A stretch of 64,000 bases of DNA from Laetmonice hystrix (taxonomy: Eukaryota), in contig OZ249450.1 of the NCBI GenBank assembly GCA_965235115.1, forward strand, positions 1,984,001 through 2,048,000, read 5' to 3'. The notes under the pieces were generated by a model. The model did not search any database and was not told where the DNA came from. It worked only from the letters and a program-made list of their open reading frames with translations. Both the position numbers and the translations under genes were made by a program. Numbering within the stretch: the first letter of the stretch is position 1; the number at the start of each line of letters is the position of its first letter. Shown here one piece after another: positions 1-12,668 of the stretch.

Positions 1-640
1 ATTGTGAATATATACAGGCTGGTTTTTGTGAACCTGTCGACCCGGTCAATGTTAATCCTATGGGAAAGTTTTTGACGTCACAATCGCTTGGCGTACTTTC
101 GGCGCTATCGTGTGCTGGTTTGAGGCTATTTAACGTCATTTGCATATCCAGGTCACGAGACTTAAACCCCCTATGCCTCGGCCTCCTCAAAACAAGAAAT
201 ACAACGGTCCTTAAAATGACCGATTTCGACGTCATCACCGACATTTTCGCTGGCGAGTAACTAAGTTAAAGAAAGTGCTAGTGGATTTATACAGATAAGC
301 AAGCAGTCAAGCAGATAAAAATAATAATTCATTTGGTCTGCATTCCATTAATTTCTGGTGGGATGTTCAATCGATGTTAACTGACTTGACAAAGGAGATA
401 ATTAATGTCGTAATGATTGTTCTGTTGACAAAAGTACACGCGTACTTGACGTAGGCTGTGGTGTTATGTGAGTATATCTGTGGTGTTATCTGTGAGTGTG
501 TATATATCTGAGATATATGTGTTAAGTTATTACCGGTCAGTGGCGAGCTGACGGGCACCTGTCTTACATAGTTCGTGGGAGGTCTGTACCAACCAGATCC
601 TAGCGTTCTGTTATCAATAAACTACTCAAGTCTTTATCAT

Positions 641-1620
641 CATTCTGTCTTCATAACGATTGGTAACCCTGATAGAAAACAGGTTGTCTTATCTAAACAT
701 TCTTACATACCTCTTACCTGACGAATTCTCACCCCAGGATTCAAACACACTGCGACTTATTACGACTACACCCCCATTCTGTCTTCATAACGATTGGTAA
801 CCCTGATAGAACACAGGTTGTCTTATCTAAACATGATGGATTCTTACCTCTTACCTGACGACTTCTCACCCCAGGATTCAAACACACATTGCGACTTATC
901 ACGACTACACCCCCATTCTGTCTTCATAACGATTGGTAACCCTGATAGAACACAGGTTGTCTTATCTAAACATGATGGATTCTTACCTCTTACCTGACGA
1001 CTTCTCACCCCAGGATTCAAACACACATCGCGACTTATTACGACTACACCCCCATTCTGTCTTCATAACGTTTGGTTGTAGGTAACCCTGATAGAACACA
1101 GGTTGTCTTATCTAAACATTCTTACATACCTCTTACCTGACGACTTCTCACCCCAGGATTCAAACACACATTGCGACTTATCACGACTACACCCCCATTC
1201 TGTCTTCATAACGTTTGGTTGTAGGTAACCCTGATAGAACACAGGTTGTCTTATCTAAACATGATGGATTCTTACCTCTTACCTGACGACTTCTCACCCC
1301 AGGATTCAAACACACATCGCGACTTATTACGACTACACACCCATTCTGTCTTCATAACGTTTGTAGGTAACCCTGATAGAAAACAGGTTGTCTTATCTAA
1401 ACATTCTTACATACCTCTTACCTGACACTTCTTACCCCAGGATTCAGACACATTGCGACTTATCACGACTACACCCCCATTCTGTCTTCATAACGATTGG
1501 TAACCCTGATAGAACACAGGTTGTCTTATCTAAACTTGGTGGATTCTTACCTCTTGCCTGACGACTTCTCCCCCAGGATTCAGACACATTGCGACTTATC
1601 ACGACTACACACCCATTCTG
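641..1620. repeat. Tandem array, ~139-bp unit, ~7 copies
   Basis: gtcttcataac recurs at 781 and 920 (period 139). Some copies carry small indels. Confidence 0.95.
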
Positions 1621-3159
1621 TCCCTGGTTACGACTACACCCCCATTCTGTCCCTGGTAACGAATACACCCCCATTCTGTCCCTGGTAACGAATACACCCC
1701 CATTCTGTCCCTGGTTACGACTACACCCCCATTCTGTCCCTGGTAACGAATACAACCCCATTCTGTCCCTGGTTACGACTACACCCCCATTCTGTCCCTG
1801 GTTACGACTACACCCCCATTCTGTCCCTGGTAACGAATACACCCCCATTCTGTCCCTGGTAACGAATACACCCCCATTCTGTCCCTGGTTACGACTACAC
1901 CCCCATTCTGTCCCTGGTAACGAATACACCCCCATTCTGTCCCTGGTTACGAATACACCCCCATTCTGTCCCTGGTTACGACTACACCCCCATTCTGTCC
2001 CTGGTTACGACTACACCCCCATTCTGTCCCTGGTAACGAATACACCCCCATTCTGTCCCTGGTAACGAATACACCCCCATTCTGTCCCTGGTTACGACTA
2101 CACCCCCATTCTGTCCCTGGTAACGAATACACCCCCATTCTGTCCCTGGTTACGAATACACCCCCATTCTGTCCCTGGTAACGAATACACCCCCATTCTG
2201 TCCCTGGTAACGAATACACCTCCATTCTGTCCGCTGGTAACGAATACACCCCCATTCTCTCCGCTGGTTACGAATACACCCCCATTCTCTCCGCTGGTTA
2301 CGAATACACCCCCATTCTGTCCGCTGGTTACGAATACACCCCCATTCTCTCCGCTGGTTACGAATACACCCCCATTCATTCCGCTGGTTACGAATACACC
2401 CCCATTCTGTCCGCTGGTTACGAATACACCCCCATTCTCTCCGCCGGTTACGAATACACCCCCATTCTGTCCGCTGGTTACGAATACACCCCCATTCTGT
2501 TTGCTGGTTACGAATACACCCCCATTCTGTTTGCTGGTTACGAATACACCCCCATTCTGTCCGCTGGTTACGAATACGCCCCCATTCTGTTTGCTGGTTA
2601 CGAATACACCCCCATTCTGTCCGCTGGTTACGAATACACCCCCATTCTGTCCGCTGGTTACGAATACACCCCCATTCTGTCCGCTGGTTACGAATACACC
2701 CCCATTCTGTCCGCCGGTTACGAATACACCCCATTCTGTCCGCTGGTTACGAATACACCCCCATTCTGTTTGCTGGTTACGAATACACCCCCATTCTGTC
2801 CGCTGGTTACGAATACACCCCCATTCTGTCCGCTGGTAACGAATACACCCCCATTCTGTCCGCTGGTAACGAATACACCCCCATTCTGTCCGCTGGTTAC
2901 GAATACACCCCCCATTCTGTCCGCTGGTAACGAATACACCCCCATTCTGTCCGCTGGTTACGAATACACCCCCCATTCTGTCCGCTGGTTACGAATACAC
3001 TTCCATTCTGTCCGCTGGTTACGAATACACCCCCATTCTGTCCGCTGGTTACGAATACACCCCCATTCTGTCCGCTGGTAACGAATACACCCCCATTCTG
3101 TCCCTGGTTACGAATACACCCCCATTCTGTCCGCTGGTTACGAATACACCCCCATTCTG
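1600..3159. repeat. Minisatellite, 29-bp unit switching to 30-bp
   Basis: cccccattctgtccctggttacgactaca, then cccccattctgtccgctggttacgaataca from ~2231. Confidence 0.97.
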
Positions 3160-3766
3160 GCTTTGATAGGACTGTTCTGTTATCGGTTGTTACCACCGAC
3201 CAATGTAGTACCTTTTCGGACTTTTCGGCCACTTTGGGATTAGGACAGGTAAGTGGGGGATTGAGGTAATTGAAAACGCCGGTCTAATATACCAGATGGG
3301 CGTCTCCTCACATAGGTCAATATACCTACATCATTACTGGGTGCAACTCGTCCTGATTACGAGCTTACGAAGTTAATTATGGATGTTGATTCCAGGTTGA
3401 ACTTAAAGCCGGTTATACACACAGCGACCCCACTCAACTCAACTTCATTAAACTGGGATTGATGGATTGACAACCATATATCATAAACTATAATACATAA
3501 AAATAACAGTTCGGTGGAGTCGAGTGGTGTCGGGTTGGCGACCGATTTTAGAATTCAGCCATATCTAAGCGGAACTCGAAGTCAAATCTCCAAAGGATTT
3601 ATGTAGTGATGTTTTTTGTTTGATGAACATGTTGAACTATCCTGTGAGTTATCTTACTGAAAGTGAAATGGTAATTATATAAAAGTCAACACAGCCAAAA
3701 ACCAAGTCAGACATGGATCGATACAGGGGCAACTTACATTTAATACAAACTAATGAAATAACGGAA

Positions 3767-3772
3767 TTTATT
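3767..3772 (-). promoter_or_regulatory. Possible polyadenylation signal (AATAAA) of the minus-strand gene
   Basis: TTTATT on the plus strand, ~1.15 kb downstream of the stop codon. Positional evidence only. Confidence 0.3.
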
Positions 3773-4510
3773 ATAAAATAGTTTAGAACCACATCTACCA
3801 GGTGAAGGCAGCTAGTCACGGTTGATGTGACAGTGTTTTGTCTGGTGTGTTTCATACATTGAACTTTGACCCGACCATCCCTTAGAAACACAATGTATAT
3901 CATTGCATGCCTTCATGTTAACTCATCCGTGTGTGTGAAATATTGTAGATAAAGCTCCGCACGTATTCCCAGAGTCTATACGCCCCTAATGCTAACTGAA
4001 GGCTCGTCACAACACTGAGTAATAAGTAACTCCTCGGTATGACAGTAAATAAACGAGGAGAAATTGTACGAAAAAGTTATTTTTTTATAACATTGGGGAG
4101 AGGGGGTAGCGCCGACTCCCGCACAGAGATCGGTATCCTGTCTTGTGTCTCCACAGTATACGGTGTTACATCCACATGGTAACAGGCTTCCTCCCCCACT
4201 CACACGCTCCCTTATGGGGGGGGGGGGAGGGGGGGGGGTCCAGGGCCCGATTTTTAGTTCGTCATTTTACCAATCCTAAGACTGGAATTTTAAGACTGAC
4301 TTGTGTTATGGTCTCTTATTGGCTGACTTCATTTAAAGGACCAATCAGAAGCTCTGAAACAAAAGTTCCGTCTTAAGATTTGAATCTTAAGACTGAGTTT
4401 GCAAACTGGTGTGGTCTGAGCGGGCCCCCTCCCCACTCACACGCTCCCTAACGGGGAGGGGGGTGTCCAGATGTGGTCTCAGTGGCCTCTCCCACATTGA
4501 GGAGTCACTG

Positions 4511-4812
4511 TCAGCGATCTTTGTCAGCTATATACAGCAGATGGCATACGTAGGACAAACAGAACTTTAATTGAGCCAGCGTTGGTCTGCACTCAATGGA
4601 CTGACACATTGTAGAAAATACTTTCTTCAGACGATGCAGCAATGGTTCGCGGCGCGTGTTGTTTAAAGTACCAAACCATGATATAAATTGTCTACAGGTC
4701 GTTTTAAAATTATGATATGACCCCATTACACGGGGCATGATAGCGTATTCTGAGTACGTTCCCCTGGGGAGGTTGGGAACAATGTTTCTGTCAATCAGAC
4801 TGCCATGCCTTC
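4511..4812 (-). pseudogene. Vestigial or alternative exon resembling an ephrin-receptor-like (GCC2/GCC3) repeat
   Basis: Open frame ...NLPRGTYSEYAIMPRVMGSYHNFKTTCRQF... keeps the P-x-GTY and GSY motifs but has lost most cysteines. It lies where such a repeat would follow the linker. Confidence 0.4.
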
Positions 4813-4931
4813 AGGGCATCTCCGGGTGTCCCGTTTTAACGAGCCGTTATTCCTTAGCGACACCTAGCGGCTTTAGTCGGAACTGCTGTGAGAATATCAG
4901 GAAAAGATCTCCAGTAGCGCCACCTAGCGGA

Positions 4932-5521
4932 TCAACGCCCGCAAATGGAGCGCGCAATTACCGTCGATTGCTCGCACGCAAACACAACACTGCTGACCTT
5001 GACATGACCTTTTGGCAACAAAATCATCCTACCCACTGCCAAGGTGGCCCTTGGGCTATAAGTGTTTCCTTTAGTGATATACTTGGCCTTTTTGTTTTTC
5101 TCCACACTAAATAGTTGGTGTAATGCGTGCACATGACGTAACAATGTCGACGTGGCCTTCTCATTGTACGCGGACATACACCTCCGGCTGTCACAGTCAT
5201 CAGTATCATTGGAGCACAGAGTCGGGCAGTTGACCTTTGTCAAACTCTGATGTTCTGTCGTAAGATTGAAGGTCATTATGACTTCCTGTGAGACTAGTTT
5301 CGAGGGGAACGTTTGGAGTCGCCAATCACCGCATCGCATTGTAACCTGCGTTATTTTACAGTCCATCAGGGTTGTGCCGTCATCCCGACATATTCTCTGC
5401 GCTCCGAGAATTTGCGAGAATTCAGCCTGCAGTATGACGGTTTCCCTGGTGGTGAGAATGGAGCAGTCCTGGACACCGTACGTGGCGGTGGCCTGTATCG
5501 ATATCTCTGGCGTAAACACCT
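4932..5521 (-). CDS. Probable last coding exon: SVEP1-like Cys-containing linker domain
   Basis: Acceptor ttgttgttccAG in phase 1, then open for 196 codons to TGA. The end VFACEQSTVIARSIC has the spacing I recall for the SVEP1 segment just before its ephrin-receptor-like repeat (from memory, not a search). Confidence 0.8.
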
Positions 5522-6046
5522 CTGGAACAACAAAGCCAGGGGGTTAATGTGGCATATGTGTGTTTCTTCATTTTGTCCTCATCTAAACAAAAAGATATAG
5601 TGGCATCATCACTGCAAATTTATGCCAAAGGGGGAAAGGGTTATTAGTATTATGGTATCCTTAGGGCAAAATATAATTGAGATTTTTATAATTAGAGGGT
5701 CTCTTTGGCCTGCTTGAGTAAGAAATGAATATGGAATTATTGCTTGGGGCGGCTATGAGCGACAAGCTGTCAAACATATTATAGCACGCATTGATTACAT
5801 TATATTCTTCGTAAAATTCATCCGCAGGCCAACATTACAAATCCGAGAGAAATTAATGCCTCACTTAACATTTACGAAATGGCGATTTTGACGCACTGCT
5901 GACTCGTAATGAGTTTCGTAATCTGTCGACCCGATGTACAGATCGGCCTGGTGGAGGGGAAATATCCCTGATAGAGTAAACATCATTAATGCAGGATTTT
6001 GCGTCATGGGGATTTTTCTGTGTGTTTGCAGACACTATAAGCTCAC

Positions 6047-6250
6047 CTAGGCAGATCGGAGAGCTGTCGTTCTGCCTCGTCCACGTCCAATTAGTGTTGA
6101 CGTTACATTCGATAAAATTGTTTTCCGGGGACGCATGCGCGTAGCCGTGGTGACAGTGAACGTAGCACTGCTCGCCATTTTTAGACACATCCGCACTGCA
6201 ATGTAGTCCGGCATTCAAGGGAGCTGTCGGAACAGGACAAAACTTCTTGG
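6047..6250 (-). CDS. Exon: Sushi/CCP domain 3 (six-Cys SVEP1/SRPX-like type)
   Basis: CPVPTAPLNAGLHC...QCYVHCHHGY...IEC...W...PIC. Acceptor tttccttttccgacAG, donor G|GTGAGC. 204 nt, phase 1-1. Confidence 0.92.
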
Positions 6251-7556
6251 CTGTCGGAAAAGGAAACAACACAACACATAATTAATGGCTATCAAATCGA
6301 GCAGTCGGCCGGGGGGGGGGGGGCTGACAGCTTATTTCTATAGCCCTCAAGACCCATACTTATTACGTTAGAATCGTCAGAGCTGAGGGCAGGCCGGGTT
6401 CTGGGAGTACTAGTTAGACATTATTGACCTCTGGAATGCAGTCTAGGGGGTGGGCCCCCATTTCCTGCCACTTTTTCAATACATTTTCTTTAAATTACCC
6501 CGGTTGGAATTATTTTTGGAGATTTGTTTCCATATGAAGTGGTATCCCTTCTTGACAAGCGACTTTTGGATCTATTATTCGCTGTGTATATTTGAAGGAC
6601 TTTCCTCCATTACTGAAGAATTATACCAAAATGTTGTCCAGTTAAAATAAACCGATGCAGTAAACAAAAACATCACACAGGGATAGTAATAGTAAAAGAA
6701 AGTCACTCGGACACTCAGATGTTTTTGTCATGATCTAGAATAAACGGTATTACGGGATGAAGAAGCAACCAGTCTTCCTCAGTCAGCCTACTGTCGTCCC
6801 GCCTCAAATTCGTGTATGGATATGAGGCGGGACTAGGAGAAAATTGACGATTACATGTATAGATACGAGGCGGGACTAGAAGAAAATTGACGATTACATT
6901 TCCTCGCCTAGCACTGGTTTATCACGGCAAGCTTCCTTTTATCCATCTCCTCAAATACGTCGAATCCACTACAGGCACATGTACACATCATGTTTGTTTA
7001 CGTCCAAACCATCATCAGATATGCGGCATTTGTTAAAATAAAATGACAGGAGCGTAATAAGTTAAGTTGTGGGTTTTGATGTTTAATCCCACTACAGAGA
7101 TTCGCTGTTTGTTTGTCATGAAGCCCGCTCTCGAGGGAAATTGATCCACAATCTAAGGGTTTAATTTCCGCTTCCAGGAAATTATTGCGATGAGAGACTG
7201 TCAGAGTTGTGATGTACCTTTAACAATCTCAATCCTCCTCTCAGTTGTTCATGTCTCCCGCCTACCAAAGCGCTGCCCTGTTGTATTTACCTGATCACAC
7301 GAAAACTACCCGATCGAGGCAGTAGGATTGCCTCAATCAAGCGAGCTTGAACCAGGTTGGGATTTTTCTTCCGGTTAATCTCGACTTATTTTGAGAGAGA
7401 ATGTAAAAAGAACTCGTAACTGTAATAATGACAAGTCGAACTGTATTAATTAATAACGAATTACGGGAAAACGCGCCAGGAATAGCCGTGAGCCGAAATA
7501 CACAATCTGAAACTTTCCCCACTCGTCGCTGTCTCTGTGTGTCTGTCTGTTTGTCT

Positions 7557-8770
7557 GAGATAACAGTAGACTGTACACTACACCGGTATACAACCGGACC
7601 AGGCATTCCGTCCACCACTGAGATAACAGTAGACTGTACACTACACCGGTACAACCGGACCAGGCATTCCGTCCACCACTGAGATAACAGTAGACTGTAC
7701 ACTACACCGGTATACAACCGGACAAGGCATTCCGTCCATCACTGAGATAACAGTAGACCGTACACTACACCGGTATACAACCTGACCAGGCATTCCGTCC
7801 ACCACTGAGATACCAGTAGACCGTACACTACACCGGTATACAACCGGACCAGGCATTCCGTCCACCACTGAGATAACAGTAGACTGTACACTACACCGGT
7901 ACAACCGGACCAGGCATTCCGTCCACCACTGAGATAACAGTAGACTGTACACTACACCGGTATACAACCGGACCAGGCATTCCGTCCACCACTGAGATAA
8001 CACTAGACCGTACACTACACCGGTACACAACCGGACCAGGCATTCCGTCCACCACTGAGATAACACTAGACCGTACACTACACCGGTACACAACCGGACC
8101 AGGCATTCCGTCCACCACTGAGATAACAGTAGACTGTACACTACACCGGTATACAACCGGACCAGGCATTCCGTCCACCACTGAGATAACAGTAGACCGT
8201 ACACTACACCGGTATACAACAGGACCAGGCATTCCGTCCACCACTGAGATAACAGTAGACTGTACACTACACCGGTATACAACCGGACCAGGCATTCCGT
8301 CCACCACTGAGATAACAGTAGACTGTACACTACACCGGTATACAACCGGACCAGGCATTCCGTCCACCACTGAGATACCAGTAGACTGTACACTACACCG
8401 GTATACAACAGGACCAGGCATTCCGTCCACCACTGAGATAACAGTAGACTGCACACTACACCGGTATACAACCGGACCAGGCATTCCGTCCACCACTGAG
8501 ATAACAGTAGACTGTACACTACACCGGTATACAACAGGACCAGGCATTCCGTCCACCACTGAGATAACAGTAGACTGTACACTACACCGGTATACAACCG
8601 GACCAGGCATTCCGTCCACCACTGAGATACCAGTAGACTGTACACTACACCGGTATACAACCGGATCAGGCATTCCGTCCATCACTGAGATACCAGTAAA
8701 CTGTACACTACACCGGTATACAACCGGACCAGGCATTCCGTCCACCACCAAACTGTACACTACACCGGTA
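7557..8770. repeat. Minisatellite, 63-bp unit (61-bp variants), ~19 copies
   Basis: gagataacagtagactgtacactacaccggtatacaaccggaccaggcattccgtccaccact. Ends ~15 nt from the Sushi-2 donor. Confidence 0.97.
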
Positions 8771-8787
8771 TGAAATGAATCACTCAC

Positions 8788-8988
8788 GTCTACATGCTGG
8801 CCGGTGTCCTGACCAGAATCCGAGCGGTCCCTCCATAGTTCCACAGCGTCTCACACGGGGTCCATGAAGGACCCGTGTGACGTCACACGAGTAGACAGCC
8901 AGTCCTCCGTATGGCACGCGACCAGGTCCAACCTTAGACAGCCGGACAAACCCACCGGTCGGCGGAAACGGGCGCTGGCAACGGATGG
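8788..8988 (-). CDS. Exon: Sushi/CCP domain 2
   Basis: CQRPFPPTGG...YSC...LHGPRVRRC...WSGHRPAC. Acceptor tactttcAG, donor C|GTGAGT. 201 nt, phase 1-1. Confidence 0.92.
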
Positions 8989-9343
8989 CTGAAAGTAGTA
9001 ACACACGGCCGTAAAGGGTAAATGGGGTGGGGTTTTTCATGATAATATCTAAAAATAAAAGTCATTCATTCATCTAACTCAAGTCTATATTTGACACGGT
9101 CTATATTTGACGGTCCGCGGTGTGACGTATACGGGAGCATCTAATATCAGTCTTCTATCGTATAATGTGAACAAATTATACGACTAGCCGATAAGGCGGC
9201 GATCTGCCAGCTGTCAATAATCACGTAATGAGGTCATGAATATTCATAGAGTCTGAGGATATGTTATTAGAAAACTGTGTTTCCGTGAGATGATGATATT
9301 GTCGACATATGGTTACTACCTGGTGCCCATTTTTGCTGCTTAA

Positions 9344-9555
9344 GGGCCTGGGCACACTAAGCCTATTTACATCCGATCGGCCATCCGATTTTCTTAACTT
9401 CTGAAGTTATTGGTAATTTGTGTCATCAAATCATTAAAGGACATTTAATTTGTAAAGATTAGATATATATTTTTCGTCGGACGCAAATATCAGATACATT
9501 TTATCATCAATCGGATTGCCGATCGGATGTAAATCGGCTTAGTGTGCGAGGGTCC
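9344..9555. mobile_element. MITE, PIF/Harbinger-like
   Basis: Imperfect TIRs gggcctgggcacactaagc / gcttagtgtgcgagggtcc, with inner IR tttacatccgatcgg / ccgatcggatgtaaa. Flanks TAA / TCA. Confidence 0.7.
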
Positions 9556-10855
9556 TCAACAAGAAATGAGACCAGTTTAGATACGTGATATCTCACTTAA
9601 CGAATAATTATGTATAGGGTAGTGAATTTCCCGTCGGGTTCCACGCCTTTCATTAAACTAAATTACATGAATTACTAAACTATCACGGAGGAAAGTCGAG
9701 GTATACACTAGACGACAGTGGTGTTAACTAAGAGGTCTTAGCGTAATAAGTAGAGTAATTTCGTCCTCCCCGTATAATGTGATTTTTACTATACATCATG
9801 GCTTCTCCAGCAATGAACTGACAGGAGGGTACGATGGCTTAAAAGTACAATTCCCTTCTCCACTAGGATTCCCCTCCTATGTGCGGCATAGGAGTAGTCG
9901 GTTCAAAGTTTTGGAACAGCCTGTATAATCAATCCAGGGCTAGATCCAGTGTGTGGAGGTTGCACCCTTAAAAATCCACAGGTCACAAATCACAGGTGAG
10001 CAGTCAGCCTCTGTTTTGACACCAGAATGAAACTAAGTTTGATGAAATTAGTCACTCGTCAGGGTGGAGGCCGGCAAGAAGTGGGCTGAGCTCCGTCAAC
10101 ATCAGACCAAGCACCTCGCAGTAACGCAGGCTGCGGAAACTCAGATCACATGCTCTGTTATCATCGCTGAACACCATGCAGAAAATTAGGAAACTGCTCT
10201 GTGTGAAAGTTTCTGATGAAATGTGTCAAAACAGAGTCTGGCCTGTTTTTGGCAGGTGGCATTTGAATGGCAGATGTCACGTCATTCAGGCCCTATGACG
10301 TGCGGCACCACGCTAACTACCTTGTTCCGGCATTGCATTTTGTGACATGCAGTTTTAAAAATGGCACTATTTTTTTACGTTGCTACCTATTTATCTGAAA
10401 TTTGTACCACAGACCCCAAATAACCAGATGATATCATGTGCAAAATATTATGACATTGGGATAACAATTGTAGCAGCTATAGTCAAAAAAAGAGTGTTCC
10501 TTTTTTTGGCCCACTCGATATATATTGAATGTTATGACTGCGGGACGACTGGTCTGAGTCTCTAGGACTAGGCGACTGCACCCCCCCCCCCCCCACCCTT
10601 GAAAAAAAATTCCTGGATCCGGCCCTCAAATCACCTTATTCGGTTTTTTAGTTCACCACCGAACGGAGCTGTCATTCTCGGAATCCACTATGATGATCTT
10701 TGGTAGGAGTGTAATCCTATACCAGACGACTCATGATCCGATGGGAATGGATGTAATACAACATCGTTTGGTTCACTAGATTACGCGGGATATACCCGCC
10801 TATATCATGGACAACAGCACGGAATGAGATTCGTGTTGTCATCCAGCTGCTCTCG

Positions 10856-11848
10856 GTAACCAGATACAAATGTGCTTTCTCCCAATCTCGGCGACAGGAA
10901 CCAGATCAAAATGTGCTTTCTCCCAATCTCGGCGACAGGAACCAGATAAAAATGTGCTTTCTCCCAATCTCGGCGACAGGAACCAGATAAAAATGTGCTT
11001 TCTCCCAATCTCGGCGACAGGAACCAGATAAAAATGTGCTTTCTCCCAATCTCGGCGACAGGAACCAGATAAGAATGTGCTTTCTCCCAATCTCGGCGAC
11101 AGGAACCAGATAAAAATGTCCTTTCTCCCAATCTCCGCGACAGGAACCAGATAAAAATGTGCTTTCTCCCAATCTCGGCGACAGGAACCAGATAAAAATG
11201 TGCTTTCTCCCAATCTCGGCGACAGGAACCAGATAAAAATATGCTTTCTCCCAATCTCGGCGACAGGAACCAGCTAAAAATGTGCTTTCTCCCAATCTCC
11301 GCGACAGGAACCAGATAAAAATGTGCTTTCTCCCAATCTCGGCGACAGGAACCAGATAAAAATATGCTTTCTCCCAATCTCGGCGACAGGAACCAGATAA
11401 AAATGTGCTTTCTCCCAATCTTCGCGACAGGAACCAGATAAAAATGTGCTTTCTCCCAATCTCCGCGCGACAGGAACCAGATCAAAATGTTGCTTTCTCC
11501 CAATCTCGGCGACAGGAACCAGATAAAAATGTGCTTTCTCCCAATCTTCGCGACAGGAACCAGATAAAAATGTGCTTTCTCCCAATCTCGGCGACAGGAA
11601 CCAGATAAAAATGTCCTTTCTCCCAATCTCCGCGACAGGAACCAGATAAAAATGTGCTTTCTCCCAATCTTCGCGACAGGAACCAGATAAAAATGTGCTT
11701 TCTCCCAATCTTCGCGACAGGAACCAGATAAAAATGTGCTTTCTCCCAATCTTCGCGACAGGAACCAGATAAAAATGTCCTTTCTCCCAATCTCCGCGCG
11801 ACAGGAACCAGATAAAAATGTCCTTTCTCCCAATCTCGGCGACAGGAA
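10856..11848. repeat. Minisatellite, 41-bp unit, ~24 copies
   Basis: ctttctcccaatctcggcgacaggaaccagataaaaatgtg repeated. Confidence 0.97.
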
Positions 11849-11862
11849 GTAGGGATGGAATA

Positions 11863-12156
11863 CAATCTAATTAAAATTAGATCTTGGTATTCTGCGTCTC
11901 TCTCGGCTGAGTCTGTGCTGGCTGCGCTCCATACCTAGATCTAAGGAAACCCCATTAGGGGTCACCTCAGGTTGACCTCTGGATTCAGCCAATCAGCGAG
12001 TCGCCTACGAAATCTTCGGTGTGCGCTCGTAGGCATTTTCAACGGCACACTTGAATCTGGGTCAAAGGTCAGCCTGAGGTGACCCCATACGGGATGCCGT
12101 TAGATCCTAGTATGGAGCGCACGCGAAATAACTAAGATCTAATTTTAATTAGATTG
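11863..12156. mobile_element. MITE with 10-bp target site duplication (Mutator-like size)
   Basis: 22-bp perfect TIR caatctaattaaaattagatct / agatctaattttaattagattg. Perfect TSD ggatggaata at 11853-11862 and 12157-12166. Confidence 0.9.
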
Positions 12157-12668
12157 GGATGGAATAGAGTCGTTGACAATTGACTTAATACAGCTGTTTG
12201 TATTATCACAATGGTTTGGCGGGGTGGACGGAATGTTGCTATTTATGTTGTCGGGGATGGCGTGTACTTTGGTCATTCCGTTCAAAACGTTCAATCGTAT
12301 TTCATTTGGAAATGTTTAGGTTTTAACTGGAGTACGGATTAACACGTACACCACGTGATCTCTGGAAAAGATATTAAATGTCACTGTAACGTCCTGTTTT
12401 TGGAAACGGATTGTTTACCAGACACTTAATCAGATTATGTAATAATATGGTAGAAATTCTACCATATTATTACGTAATTTGATTACGTAATAATATGGTA
12501 GAAAATCTACCATATTAAATAATCTCATAGGCTTATTCAGTTCGTGGAAAAATCACACAACTAGGTTTTTGTAGTGTAAACATCCCGTTTCAAACAGCAG
12601 TTTCAATTGGACATCATTTTAGGCCTCCCCGACCCCCTTAGTAAAACACCCCCGGCCGTTTTCCTTAC

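Noticed and set aside
2098-3232. Several 100-290 aa repeat ORFs (GGVFVTSGQN, TEWGCIRNQR)
   Set aside because: Overlapping frames on both strands inside a 29/30-bp minisatellite with frequent indels.
7641-8844. 339- and 317-aa ORFs in the 63-bp array
   Set aside because: Two overlapping frames, 61-bp variants that break frame, and an intronic position.
10805-11865. Multiple ORFs in the 41-bp array
   Set aside because: Unit length is not a multiple of three, so translations cycle through all frames.
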